Shown piece by piece: positions 1 through 9,284 of a stretch of 38,950 nucleotides of DNA (position 1 is its first letter; every line of letters starts with the position of its first letter). Source of the stretch: a virus; IMG/VR virus record IMGVR_UViG_3300011965_000002; one strand, given 5' to 3'. Under the pieces are notes generated by a model. The model did no database searches and was not told the DNA's origin. It saw only the letters and a list, made by a program, of their open reading frames with translations. Position numbers and translations under genes: made by a program.

Positions 1-14
1 CATCATTATCAGAG
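1..14 (+). repeat. Terminal 14-bp overlap CATCATTATCAGAG, second copy at 38936-38949
   Basis: Exact match of 1-14 with 38936-38949, in the same reading frame as the tape measure gene. The last base (38950, A) differs from base 15 (T). Confidence 0.85.
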
Positions 15-3000
15 TTGGGCTCTGCAGCGACAGAGGCAGGGCAAGCATTGAGTGAAGCATCAAGTGGTGCAGAGGAACTTGGGAGCTCCACATCATCCAT
101 AAATTCAGCGCCAATCAGCGAGGTTTCAGGGGCTGCGAATGAAGCAAGTAATGCATTAAATGACACAAGCCAAAGCGCTGAAAACCTTTCAACCAGTCTG
201 ACTAATGTGAACACGAGTGACCTTGTATCCGCCACATCCAGCACCCGTGACCTTGGAACAGAACTAGATAAAACGGCTGATGCCGCTAACAGATTAAGTG
301 ATAAGACTAAGGAGGCTAAGGAGGAAGTAGAGAACACCGGTCAGAGTACTCTCGGCCTTGCAGCCATCACGGCGGCCCTGAGCACACTAACCGCTGGGAT
401 GGAAATAGCTGCAAGGGAAGCAACCAACCTTAACGCTACCTTCCAGAAGATGGCCTCAGCCACTATGCCAGAACCAGCTGTGAGAAGCTTCGTAGCATCT
501 CTCATCAGCGCTAGACTACCACTTGAGGATGTCCTCGCCTACCTGAAGGTTTTGAAACAGAGCGGACTTCAGAGTGCTGACTCGTTACGTCGTGGTGTGT
601 ATGCTCTGAATGACCTCAGCCTTGCTACAGGCGTGAATAGAGATGAAGTTATCAGGTTTACGAATTCATTGATTGTTATGGGTGTCCGCCTCGATGAGAT
701 CCCTAAACATTATAATGCTATCGCATATGCTCAGGCGAACATCGTGGGCGGTTTTGGTACGTATATCAAGTGGATGGAGAAGTTTGACGCGTCATTTAAG
801 GAGTTAGGGCTCACAGTGGATCAGACTGTTGTCCTCATCGCTGCAGCGACGAAGAAGTTTGGTGGTGGTCGTGCAGCGTACACTGGTATGAGCCGGGCGC
901 TCAAGGAGTGTAATGGAGATCTCTCAGTCCTCGAACAAAAGTTAGGCTTGCAGCCAGGGCTCCTCAGCCGAGCATCCGCGATGACATCAAAGTACTCTGG
1001 GAGTATCGAAAAGAAATCAAAGATAATGAAAGAGAATGTCACGATATATGAGCGCCTCCAGGAGGGTGTGGAGAAGCTCCGTATTCAGTTCAGCTGGCTA
1101 ATCGCCCCGATCCTAAGTGTAGGGGGCCTGATTGGGGGTCTTGTGAGTACATATATGGCCTATCAGACGTACCAGTCAGCTGTTGCTACTGCAGCGAACA
1201 CTCAGACACTCGCAGAGATTGCGAAGGCAAAGGCACTCTTCACATCCACCGTGGCGACAGAGGCCCAGGCTGGTGCTGAGACAACAAAGACAGCAGCAAC
1301 TGTAACATCCACTCTTGCGACTGTGAGGAACACTGTCGCGAACCAGGCCCTCATATTATCTACGTATGGTTCAGCCGCGGCCTTGCAGACTGCGGTGGGG
1401 GCTGCGATGGCCCACGCGGGTGCTGTGGCGGTCGACACGGAGGCCCAGAATATGGGTATCCTTGCATCCCTCAGGTACACTGCGGCGCTGGCCTGGCAGC
1501 GGATCGTCACGGCTGCGACGACCGCCTACACGTATGCCCTCGCGGCGGCTCAGTGGGTCTGGAACGCGGCCCTCGCAGCCTCCCCGATCACATGGATCGT
1601 CTTAGCTGTGGCTGCTCTTGCAGCAGCCCTTGTGTATCTCTACTATAATTATCAGCCAGTTACGGATGCTGTGAACAAGTTTGCAGAAGGTCTTAAGTGG
1701 GTTGGTAGTGTTATCTATGGGTACCTCCTTGGAGCGTTTAATGCGCTGAAGGGTGCTCTCTCTGGGGTTGGTTCAGCGATTCAGGGGGCTCTTGGCGGTG
1801 CGTTGAACTGGATTATGGGTGGTCTCAAGCAATTAGCTGGTTTCATCTATTACGTCTTCTTCTCGTTCAAGTTCGTGGATGATATGGCCTCCAGGTTCGG
1901 TTTCCTGGGCCTGGCGATATCATTCGCCATCAATCCAATCAGGACAGTCATTGAATACGTGAAACAACTGAAGATAGCCTGGGATTCATGGAGCAAGACC
2001 AGTGAGGCCCAGAGGGTCTTCGCCGAGCTGGGAGCGGCGTTCAATGAGCTGAAGGCTGCGTTCGGTGAGGTCTGGGCCGCCTTGCAACCGGTCTTCAAGG
2101 CACTCGGGGAAGCGTTCAATGAACTCAAGAACGCGTTGTTCCCGGTCCAGGAGACCAGCAGGGCTGTGCAGTCCACTGGTAAGAGCGCCTCCTCCGCGTC
2201 CGGCCCGATACAGGTCTTCGTGGAGATCATCCGGGCCTTCGCATGGATCCTCACGAACGTGGTGGTCCCAGCCATCAGGATACTGGCGGAGTGGATCCAT
2301 TACCTCGTCCCTGTCTTCCAGGCCATTGGATTCGCCATATCCGCAGTGATACAGGTGATGGTGTTCATCGGGCAGGTGGTCTGGAACGTGATCACATTCC
2401 TCACGAAATTCGGTCAGGCCCTCCAGATGCTGATTAGTGGCCATATCACCTTCTCCCAGTTCATGAGCATAGTCTGGAACCTGTTCAAGGCCACGGTTGG
2501 CCGGATACTCCTCGAGGTGGTCCTCGCAGTGGGCAGGTTCGGGGCACAGTTGATCGGGAAAGCTGTGGCAGCGGCTTTAGGATTCGTTAACTCATTCCTA
2601 TCATTCATAAGGAGCCTACCTGGACGTCTCTGGATTATGCTCCTCATCGTAGTGCAGAGGATCATCGCATGGGCAAACAAGCTCAGGGAGATTGCCCGCC
2701 AGGCTGCCTCTAACTTTGTCTCAAAACTTATTGGAGGAATCACTGGACTCCCTGGACGTGTGAGTAAGGTGATGTGGGATGTGGTGAACGCGATTAAGAA
2801 CAAAGTGAATGACGCCTATAACGCGGCGAAACAGTTCGGTCAGAACGTGTGGAACGGTATCAAGAGTGCGCTGCACATAAAGAGTCCCAGTATCATCTAT
2901 AAACAGATAGAATCAGACACAGCCCTCGTGAATCAGCGATTCAGGAGCATGGCCAGCTCTGCAAGGGCTGCTGCAAGCACGTATGCGAAGGGTATACGTG

Positions 3001-4292
3001 AGGGTATGGATGTTGCAGGTGCAAACGTACCTATTGACGCCACCATAAAGGCTTCACCTGTAGCGGGGGCTGTGGATGAGACAAGGAAGGCCATCACTGA
3101 CATGCATGGAGTTACAAGGTCTGGGCTCACGAGCATCGTGAATACATGGAGCGGTATCAAGGAAACAACACAGAAGACACGTGACTCCTATAATGCTTCA
3201 GTGAATATCACACGAAACGCTATGACCACAATGAGCACCACGACAAAGACCACAATGACCCACATCAAGACAGGCTTCAACTCAATGAAAACTGAAGTAA
3301 TCTCCGCCGCCAGCCGCACAAAGACAGGAGTCACCGGGCACCTGAACACACTCTCAACCAACATCCGCAGATTCTACAACCTCGTCATGAACCCAGGGGC
3401 AGGAGGCCCCGCAGGAGGGCCCTCAAGAAGGGTGTTCACAACTCCCAGCATCCCCAAGCTTGGATGGGGAGGCCCGCCACGAGCCATGACACCCACACCA
3501 CCCCTAACAGGCCCCGAAGCCTATACTGCAAGGGGAGCGCGCCGCCTCCAAAAAATCGCTGAGGAATACTACAAGATGCTATCCTGCCCATCATGCTATG
3601 GGGCTGGCTGGGATTACTCAACGAGGATGACAGGATGGGTGAACCGGACAGTTGACAGGTACCGTGTAGGTTGGCTCCCAGGGATCACCCTGAAAGCCGG
3701 GGATTTCTCAACGTATCCTCCACGAGGACTTGCAGGGAACCTTGCAAGGTTCATCCCATTCATTTCAAGCGTGATAGGGCGAACACATTACAGGTTCTAT
3801 TATGGTGATAGTGGCCTGTCACCGGCCGAACTCCTCAGGGTAGGCTCATTTAACTGTTATGATGGGGCCCGCCTTGTTGTCGCCTTCGCCAGGGCCTTCG
3901 GGCTCCCTGCAAGTATCCGTTGCGGCTTGAGCTGGGGAGGTATACCCCATTGCGCAGCAAATGTCGCGGGGATGTGGTTTGACACAACCGCCTTCCAGCA
4001 AGGATATGGCTGGACAAGTCCCCGGGTAACAGGGTATGGCGGCCCAACAAGCCCAGATATAGGTGTGGGCCCTGCAAGGATTGAGCACCATGCAGGGGAC
4101 GTCCACATCAACGTCGAAGTCAATGGGGCCGCGGGATTGGATGAGAAGGAACTCGCGAAGAGGATAATGGAGGCGGTCACGGATAACAGGACGATCAAAC
4201 GCCTCACAAGCCACCCCGTCTTCCTCCGCAGATTCGATGAGGAGTACGGGCGGTACGCTGTGAATGATGCGAGGAGGACTGGTAGCAGATGA
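3..4292 (+). CDS. Tail tape measure protein (main part; 5' end at 38815) with a C-terminal transglutaminase-like, putative pseudomurein-peptidase domain
   Basis: Over 1400 aa, Ala/Ser/Thr-rich and helical, with hydrophobic segments and Trp/Phe-periodic repeats. Follows the chaperone gene across the junction. C-terminal FNCYDG...PHC...WFDTT motif. Confidence 0.92.
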   Translation, partial: SLSELGSAATEAGQALSEASSGAEELGSSTSSINSAPISEVSGAANEASNALNDTSQSAENLSTSLTNVNTSDLVSATSSTRDLGTELDKTADAANRLSDKTKEAKEEVENTGQSTLGLAAITAALSTLTAGMEIAAREATNLNATFQKMASATMPEPAVRSFVASLISARLPLEDVLAYLKVLKQSGLQSADSLRRGVYALNDLSLATGVNRDEVIRFTNSLIVMGVRLDEIPKHYNAIAYAQANIVGGFGTYIKWMEKFDASFKELGLTVDQTVVLIAAATKKFGGGRAAYTGMSRALKECNGDLSVLEQKLGLQPGLLSRASAMTSKYSGSIEKKSKIMKENVTIYERLQEGVEKLRIQFSWLIAPILSVGGLIGGLVSTYMAYQTYQSAVATAANTQTLAEIAKAKALFTSTVATEAQAGAETTKTAATVTSTLATVRNTVANQALILSTYGSAAALQTAVGAAMAHAGAVAVDTEAQNMGILASLRYTAALAWQRIVTAATTAYTYALAAAQWVWNAALAASPITWIVLAVAALAAALVYLYYNYQPVTDAVNKFAEGLKWVGSVIYGYLLGAFNALKGALSGVGSAIQGALGGALNWIMGGLKQLAGFIYYVFFSFKFVDDMASRFGFLGLAISFAINPIRTVIEYVKQLKIAWDSWSKTSEAQRVFAELGAAFNELKAAFGEVWAALQPVFKALGEAFNELKNALFPVQETSRAVQSTGKSASSASGPIQVFVEIIRAFAWILTNVVVPAIRILAEWIHYLVPVFQAIGFAISAVIQVMVFIGQVVWNVITFLTKFGQALQMLISGHITFSQFMSIVWNLFKATVGRILLEVVLAVGRFGAQLIGKAVAAALGFVNSFLSFIRSLPGRLWIMLLIVVQRIIAWANKLREIARQAASNFVSKLIGGITGLPGRVSKVMWDVVNAIKNKVNDAYNAAKQFGQNVWNGIKSALHIKSPSIIYKQIESDTALVNQRFRSMASSARAAASTYAKGIREGMDVAGANVPIDATIKASPVAGAVDETRKAITDMHGVTRSGLTSIVNTWSGIKETTQKTRDSYNASVNITRNAMTTMSTTTKTTMTHIKTGFNSMKTEVISAASRTKTGVTGHLNTLSTNIRRFYNLVMNPGAGGPAGGPSRRVFTTPSIPKLGWGGPPRAMTPTPPLTGPEAYTARGARRLQKIAEEYYKMLSCPSCYGAGWDYSTRMTGWVNRTVDRYRVGWLPGITLKAGDFSTYPPRGLAGNLARFIPFISSVIGRTHYRFYYGDSGLSPAELLRVGSFNCYDGARLVVAFARAFGLPASIRCGLSWGGIPHCAANVAGMWFDTTAFQQGYGWTSPRVTGYGGPTSPDIGVGPARIEHHAGDVHINVEVNGAAGLDEKELAKRIMEAVTDNRTIKRLTSHPVFLRRFDEEYGRYAVNDARRTGSR

Positions 4293-4489
4293 CGGATAAG
4301 ATAGTGCTCGGATTCGAGGCCTTCAGGGCGAATGGGAGCAGAGTAGTCTCAAGGATCGAAACAAGCCTCTATAACCCTTACACTGAGGGAGTAACCTACG
4401 GTGTCAGCGTCCCAGCGATGAAGGTCTCAGGGGAGGATGATCTCTGGGTGCAGGACGTCGGAGGATTCAGGGTTAGGGTGGTGATCTGA
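4289..4489 (+). CDS. Small hypothetical tail-module protein (66 aa)
   Basis: ATGA overlap with the tape measure stop and overlap with the next start codon. Confidence 0.6.
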   Translation: MTDKIVLGFEAFRANGSRVVSRIETSLYNPYTEGVTYGVSVPAMKVSGEDDLWVQDVGGFRVRVVI

Positions 4490-7257
4490 TGCCAACAGCT
4501 CGACTTTATGGTTCCTCGTTCACGTATCAGAGGGTGGAGAAGGACAAGTATGGGACGTACACGGAGACAACGTGGAGTGACACGGGGAACCTGAAGTATG
4601 ATGATGGGAAGTACGCTAAGACATCCCTCATAGCCTCAAAGTCAGGGACGGCCTCCAAGCCGGGCCGTTTAATAGCTAAGGGATTTTCAGGGTCAATCCC
4701 TGACAATTCTAAGATTAATAGTGTCACTGTGGAGTGGGAGGAGTACATACGTAACCCTAATGGCGGGACAACGGGCGTCCCGAACATCCCAGCAAGGTAC
4801 GTCTGCCTCTATTATGGTTCTTCCTGTTATTCATCCACTAAGACTGTATCGTCAGCAGTCCCCACCTCAGCGACGAAGAGGACACTTACATGGTCCTCTG
4901 GTGAGTTGCCCTCAGGATTCTCCAAGTCTACTCTGACATCATCATCATTCGGGGCCTACCTGAACCCTGCGAGGAATACGACGTACAATCCTGGGTACAT
5001 GTACGTTGATCACATCCAGTTGATCGCTTATTACACCACACCCACTTACTCTGTGAGTATCACGCGTACGGGTGGGGATAAGCCCAGGGACACTGTAACG
5101 TACACTTTCACGCTCACTAATACGAACAACACGCCTCACACTGTCCCGGTTGCCTGCACCATCACTTTCCCATCTGATTTCACCGTAACTGAGGCCAGCG
5201 GGGATGGGACATACACTGCAGGGTCATGGTCTGCCCAGGTCAAATCCACGTACACAGCTGTCCTCACAGTGAAAGGGTACTACACGGGCCCCGGATCCAA
5301 GCAGGTCTCCTTTCAGGAGTCTGTGACGGGCCAGTCCACGACGGACACATTCACAGTCACTAATCCGGCATGTGACATCGTCCAGAAGGACTACGACTAT
5401 GTCCCGAAGGGCGTGCAGGCCCAACTCACGTACACTGCCACCGGCCTCGGCACATCCTCCACCACCGTCTCCATACCCTTCCCAGGGTGGATAACAGTGA
5501 ATGGGTACAGTGGAGACGGGACATACTCGGATGGGACATGGACTATCCCCGCGGGGGGCTCCAGTCCACGCACCGCCACGATCACCCTCACCGTCACGGC
5601 CTCATCGGATGGCGTGTACATGCAGCAGATCAAGGACGCCACGAACACCCTCAGAAGTCTCAGGTGCCTCATCACACGCAGCGACCTCCCCAACCCACCA
5701 ATCTACCAGGTCCGGGTCCCAGTGGACCGCCTATCAGAGATGCCGTGGGGTGAGAAGAAACTTTATCTTATCTTCCCCCTCCAGGTCATGAAGAAGAAGA
5801 CGGATTGGCTCCGCAGCGGCCACATGTATGAGTACAGCGTCGTCGCGGATGGGGAGATCCTTCAATCATTCACACCATCCACCAGCCAGGCCAGCCTGGT
5901 CACGGTGAGACTCCCTGATACACATGTGAAGGACCTCAGGGTCTACCTCCACATGGCCAATGGCCTGGAGCAGGACTTCCAGTACCTCATCGCAGATCCT
6001 GTTATCTCAGAATCCCCGGTCTACAGTGGAGGGGGTGGGGAATGGCGGAGCCTGGTCCTGGATGACTACGTAGCGGTCCTGGAGCCACATGGATCCATCG
6101 GGCCCCTGGAACTCCTACCAGTGGAGCCGGATCTCCCGGACGGTGCGATCATAACAGGGTTCAGGGTTTCATACACCCTCAACACCACGACCCTTGCAGG
6201 TGACGGGTCACAGGGCGACGCGGATGTAGCCTTGACGCTACGTATACACGCAGAGGATGGCGTGTATGGTGAGAAACGACTCATACAGTCAACTGGCTGC
6301 TATGAGGAGGGCTGGCGCTATGATAAGTGGGGCCTCGTGGAGGCGGCCACAGGGAAGCTCCCTGAGACTGAGGATCCCTCCACTGGGGCGGCCCTATTCA
6401 CGTCTGGGTGGCTCGATGAGGTGTACGTCTCCTTCATCTTCGAGAACCCCACAGACAGTGAGGTGGTCGTTGAGGTCAGGGATGTGGCCCTGGAGATCTA
6501 TTACAGCCTTGATGATGACCTGGGACATGCAGTGTACTTTAATGGTGTACCCTCAACGAGTTTCGGGGCCGTGCTCCTGAATGAATCGGAGTTGCAGTTC
6601 GGTGGGAAGCTTAAACTGGACCTGGTGGATTTAACGGGCTGGAATGGGAATTATATTAAATCCGTGAAGATTGAGCCCATCTCCTTCCAACTCAAATTCT
6701 ACATTGGCGGTGAGAATATAGAGGAGGCGACGAGGATGGTCCGCGAATTCCTATCCCTTATCACCCCAGATATCAACAGGTACGGCCTGCCCGAGCCGAT
6801 GGCCCTCACCATGAGTTGGGATGACACAACATACTACTATGTCCTCCAGGATGAAATCGATGTGAAGAACCACGTCTCCGGATATGAGGTCACAGTACCC
6901 GTCACAGTCCCCTCTGGGCATGGGTATGGCCCCATGGTGAAGATGCCGGCCTCAGGGACCCATAAGAGCCTTATACCGCCCCGCCCAATCGTCTACGTCG
7001 ATGTGAATGAGGATGTGGAGAGCGTCACAGTCTCTGAGAGGGTCACCCAGGCCACCCTAACCCTGAACACCCCTATAACCGCCCCTAAGACCCTGATAAT
7101 TGACTCAGAGGATCGGAGGGTGACGGATACTAATGGGGAGGAATACACTGGAAGACTATCACTGAACTCCGAATTCTTCACCCTCCAACGCAGATACGAC
7201 TTCACAGCCTCAGAGGGTGCGACGGTACGGATGATTATACTGAGGGAGGCGAGGTAA
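4489..7257 (+). CDS. Distal-tail (Dit)-like protein with N-terminal beta-sandwich and DUF11-like adhesin repeats
   Basis: Position after tape measure. C-terminal ~240 aa resembles siphovirus Dit (VYFNGVPS...). Two Thr-rich Ig-like repeats with GDGTY..G.W and TA.(L/I)T(V/L) motifs. Confidence 0.65.
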   Translation: MPTARLYGSSFTYQRVEKDKYGTYTETTWSDTGNLKYDDGKYAKTSLIASKSGTASKPGRLIAKGFSGSIPDNSKINSVTVEWEEYIRNPNGGTTGVPNIPARYVCLYYGSSCYSSTKTVSSAVPTSATKRTLTWSSGELPSGFSKSTLTSSSFGAYLNPARNTTYNPGYMYVDHIQLIAYYTTPTYSVSITRTGGDKPRDTVTYTFTLTNTNNTPHTVPVACTITFPSDFTVTEASGDGTYTAGSWSAQVKSTYTAVLTVKGYYTGPGSKQVSFQESVTGQSTTDTFTVTNPACDIVQKDYDYVPKGVQAQLTYTATGLGTSSTTVSIPFPGWITVNGYSGDGTYSDGTWTIPAGGSSPRTATITLTVTASSDGVYMQQIKDATNTLRSLRCLITRSDLPNPPIYQVRVPVDRLSEMPWGEKKLYLIFPLQVMKKKTDWLRSGHMYEYSVVADGEILQSFTPSTSQASLVTVRLPDTHVKDLRVYLHMANGLEQDFQYLIADPVISESPVYSGGGGEWRSLVLDDYVAVLEPHGSIGPLELLPVEPDLPDGAIITGFRVSYTLNTTTLAGDGSQGDADVALTLRIHAEDGVYGEKRLIQSTGCYEEGWRYDKWGLVEAATGKLPETEDPSTGAALFTSGWLDEVYVSFIFENPTDSEVVVEVRDVALEIYYSLDDDLGHAVYFNGVPSTSFGAVLLNESELQFGGKLKLDLVDLTGWNGNYIKSVKIEPISFQLKFYIGGENIEEATRMVREFLSLITPDINRYGLPEPMALTMSWDDTTYYYVLQDEIDVKNHVSGYEVTVPVTVPSGHGYGPMVKMPASGTHKSLIPPRPIVYVDVNEDVESVTVSERVTQATLTLNTPITAPKTLIIDSEDRRVTDTNGEEYTGRLSLNSEFFTLQRRYDFTASEGATVRMIILREAR

Positions 7258-7258
7258 T

Positions 7259-9076
7259 ATGCGGTTCAAGGTCGGCCCGCTCCTCATACTGAACCATGAT
7301 GAAACCCCTCTCGTCTACCTTGACAGTGACGCCGTCCAGGTCACAGAGAAAGTCACATTCAACTCTTTCAGGGAGCTACGGGTCAACCATCCTCTCATCC
7401 ACGATGATGGGAGGGATTACAGCAGGTACATCCGCCCCGGGATGAAGATGTTCTGGTATACCACCACTGAGGGCGACTCCTGCCTCTACGTCATCGACGG
7501 GGCTGTTAAGTACGACTATGACGCTAACACCGTGGATTTCACGGCCCATGAGGCCGCCGCCGAGTTGCAGGACCTCCCACCAGTCTGGGTGGATCCTGTG
7601 GTCGCTGACAACTTCCAGGACGCCCGGATAGGCCAGCAGTGGACGACCACGACGAACGGGGGGCAGATCACTGAGGGCAAGGGGTACCTGCAGCTCTACG
7701 CCTCGCAGGGTACACAGATCGTCTGGGGCGGCGCCTCCACGTATAGGTCGCCCTGCATCGCCCACACACCCCTACTTGAGGGGAATAGCTTCACATTGAT
7801 CACCAGGATCATCCCCATGCCCACCTTGAAGAATGAAGCTCCATTCGGCCTCGCCATCACCAACAACAACTTCGAGGCATTCTATAGGATTGGAAGGCAC
7901 TGGAGCAGTGACGGGAAGCACTATGTGAGGACAGAGTACCGTAACCCCGGCGGTACCGAGACCCAAGTCCAGTCTGATGAGTATAAGGACCTCTCTGTGA
8001 TGGCGGCGACATGGTTCATGCTCGAAGTGGACGCTGATGGGAAAGCCACAACCTCATGGAGCCCTGATGGTGTCTCATGGACAAGTCACACGACAACACA
8101 GTTAACCTGGACTCCTACCCGGGCGGGGGTCTTCATCAGGAACTGGAGCCCTGACTACAACTTCGTGAAGGCCAGGGCAACGACTTTCAAGTACATCCCC
8201 TGGAGGGGGCGACTCGTCGATGTGACTGACGAGTACCTCACCAACCTGACCGGGGGCAGGTTCACCGCCACAGGGACACCCAGCGGCCTCCAGGCACGTC
8301 TCGGCGGCCTCCAGGACCCCTACAGTATCATCATGAAGGTCTGCGAGGATAACGGCCTCCAGGCCTCTTTCAGGTACAGGTATGACGCGGATGATGGTGG
8401 GATAAAGCGTGAACTCCTCCTCACCTCGGTGGATGATACTGTGAGGGGTGTGCTCCGCCTCGGTGAGGACATCGCCGGCCTGGAGGTGACCATCGATGAG
8501 TCCAGTGTTGCATCCGCCGCCGCGCCCAGGTTAACGGCCCTGAATGATGCCGAGAAACTGATCCCTGTCCTGCAGGAGTACCGTGAACTCCAGGTCACCA
8601 GGGGTGCGGGTATACCCTCGCAGGTCTACACGGACTCCCAGAACCGGCAGGTCTACGGGCCTAATGTCTCCGCGCCCTATGGGAAGACCGGGGGTGTGTA
8701 CGTTGTCGTTGCAGAGGACTCTGACGCCGAATACAGGAGGATAATAACCCCTGGGGTCCCAGATGAGGGCCGGGTCGTCTACGTGGACGTGTCCCAGGCA
8801 GATCACCCTTTGAACCTGTACTGGGACTTGGCAGGGAAGCTGGACGAGGCAAGGACACGGAAGATCACTCTCACCTTTGATTACATGGAGAAAAGCCCTG
8901 ATGCGGCGGAGTTCAGGTACAGGGTAGGGGACCTCCTCAGGATCATCCTCCCAGGTGAGGATAAGGCGGCGGAGTTCAGGGTCCAAACGACGGAGAAGAA
9001 CCCCTACGAGCCCGCTGCCTTGAAGATGGAGCTCGGCGAGGAACCCATCAAATTCACAAGGATAGGAGGTAGATAA
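7259..9076 (+). CDS. Tal/baseplate-hub-like tail protein with an inserted ConA/lectin-like beta-sandwich
   Basis: Position after Dit. Central Trp-rich segment (DNFQDARIGQQW...WSPDGVSW...AGVF) resembles ConA-like domains. Confidence 0.55.
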   Translation: MRFKVGPLLILNHDETPLVYLDSDAVQVTEKVTFNSFRELRVNHPLIHDDGRDYSRYIRPGMKMFWYTTTEGDSCLYVIDGAVKYDYDANTVDFTAHEAAAELQDLPPVWVDPVVADNFQDARIGQQWTTTTNGGQITEGKGYLQLYASQGTQIVWGGASTYRSPCIAHTPLLEGNSFTLITRIIPMPTLKNEAPFGLAITNNNFEAFYRIGRHWSSDGKHYVRTEYRNPGGTETQVQSDEYKDLSVMAATWFMLEVDADGKATTSWSPDGVSWTSHTTTQLTWTPTRAGVFIRNWSPDYNFVKARATTFKYIPWRGRLVDVTDEYLTNLTGGRFTATGTPSGLQARLGGLQDPYSIIMKVCEDNGLQASFRYRYDADDGGIKRELLLTSVDDTVRGVLRLGEDIAGLEVTIDESSVASAAAPRLTALNDAEKLIPVLQEYRELQVTRGAGIPSQVYTDSQNRQVYGPNVSAPYGKTGGVYVVVAEDSDAEYRRIITPGVPDEGRVVYVDVSQADHPLNLYWDLAGKLDEARTRKITLTFDYMEKSPDAAEFRYRVGDLLRIILPGEDKAAEFRVQTTEKNPYEPAALKMELGEEPIKFTRIGGR

Positions 9077-9078
9077 CC

Positions 9079-9264
9079 ATGAACATTGAACCCTTAAGGG
9101 TTGAGGAATCCGAATACAATGGCGTGAAAACACGCATATACATATACAGGGGCGCCATCATCGAAATATCAGGCGTCGATGACCTCTCAGATGAGGAGAT
9201 ACAGGGGAGGCTTGAGGAGGCCTTCAACCAGTTAAAGGCCGCTGAGGCGCCCCCTGAAGGTTAA
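9079..9264 (+). CDS. Hypothetical protein (61 aa)
   Basis: Good RBS (GGAGGT) and tight packing between tail genes. Confidence 0.65.
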   Translation: MNIEPLRVEESEYNGVKTRIYIYRGAIIEISGVDDLSDEEIQGRLEEAFNQLKAAEAPPEG

Positions 9265-9284
9265 TATGTGTGAGGTGATAGGGT

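Noticed and set aside
1990-2140. Repeated GCGTTCAATGA units in the tape measure
   Set aside because: Ordinary amphipathic tape-measure protein repeats (AFNELK).
821-4214. Numerous overlapping alternative-frame and antisense ORFs in the tape measure and other long genes
   Set aside because: Shadow ORFs of GC-rich coding sequence, without RBS or recognisable motifs.
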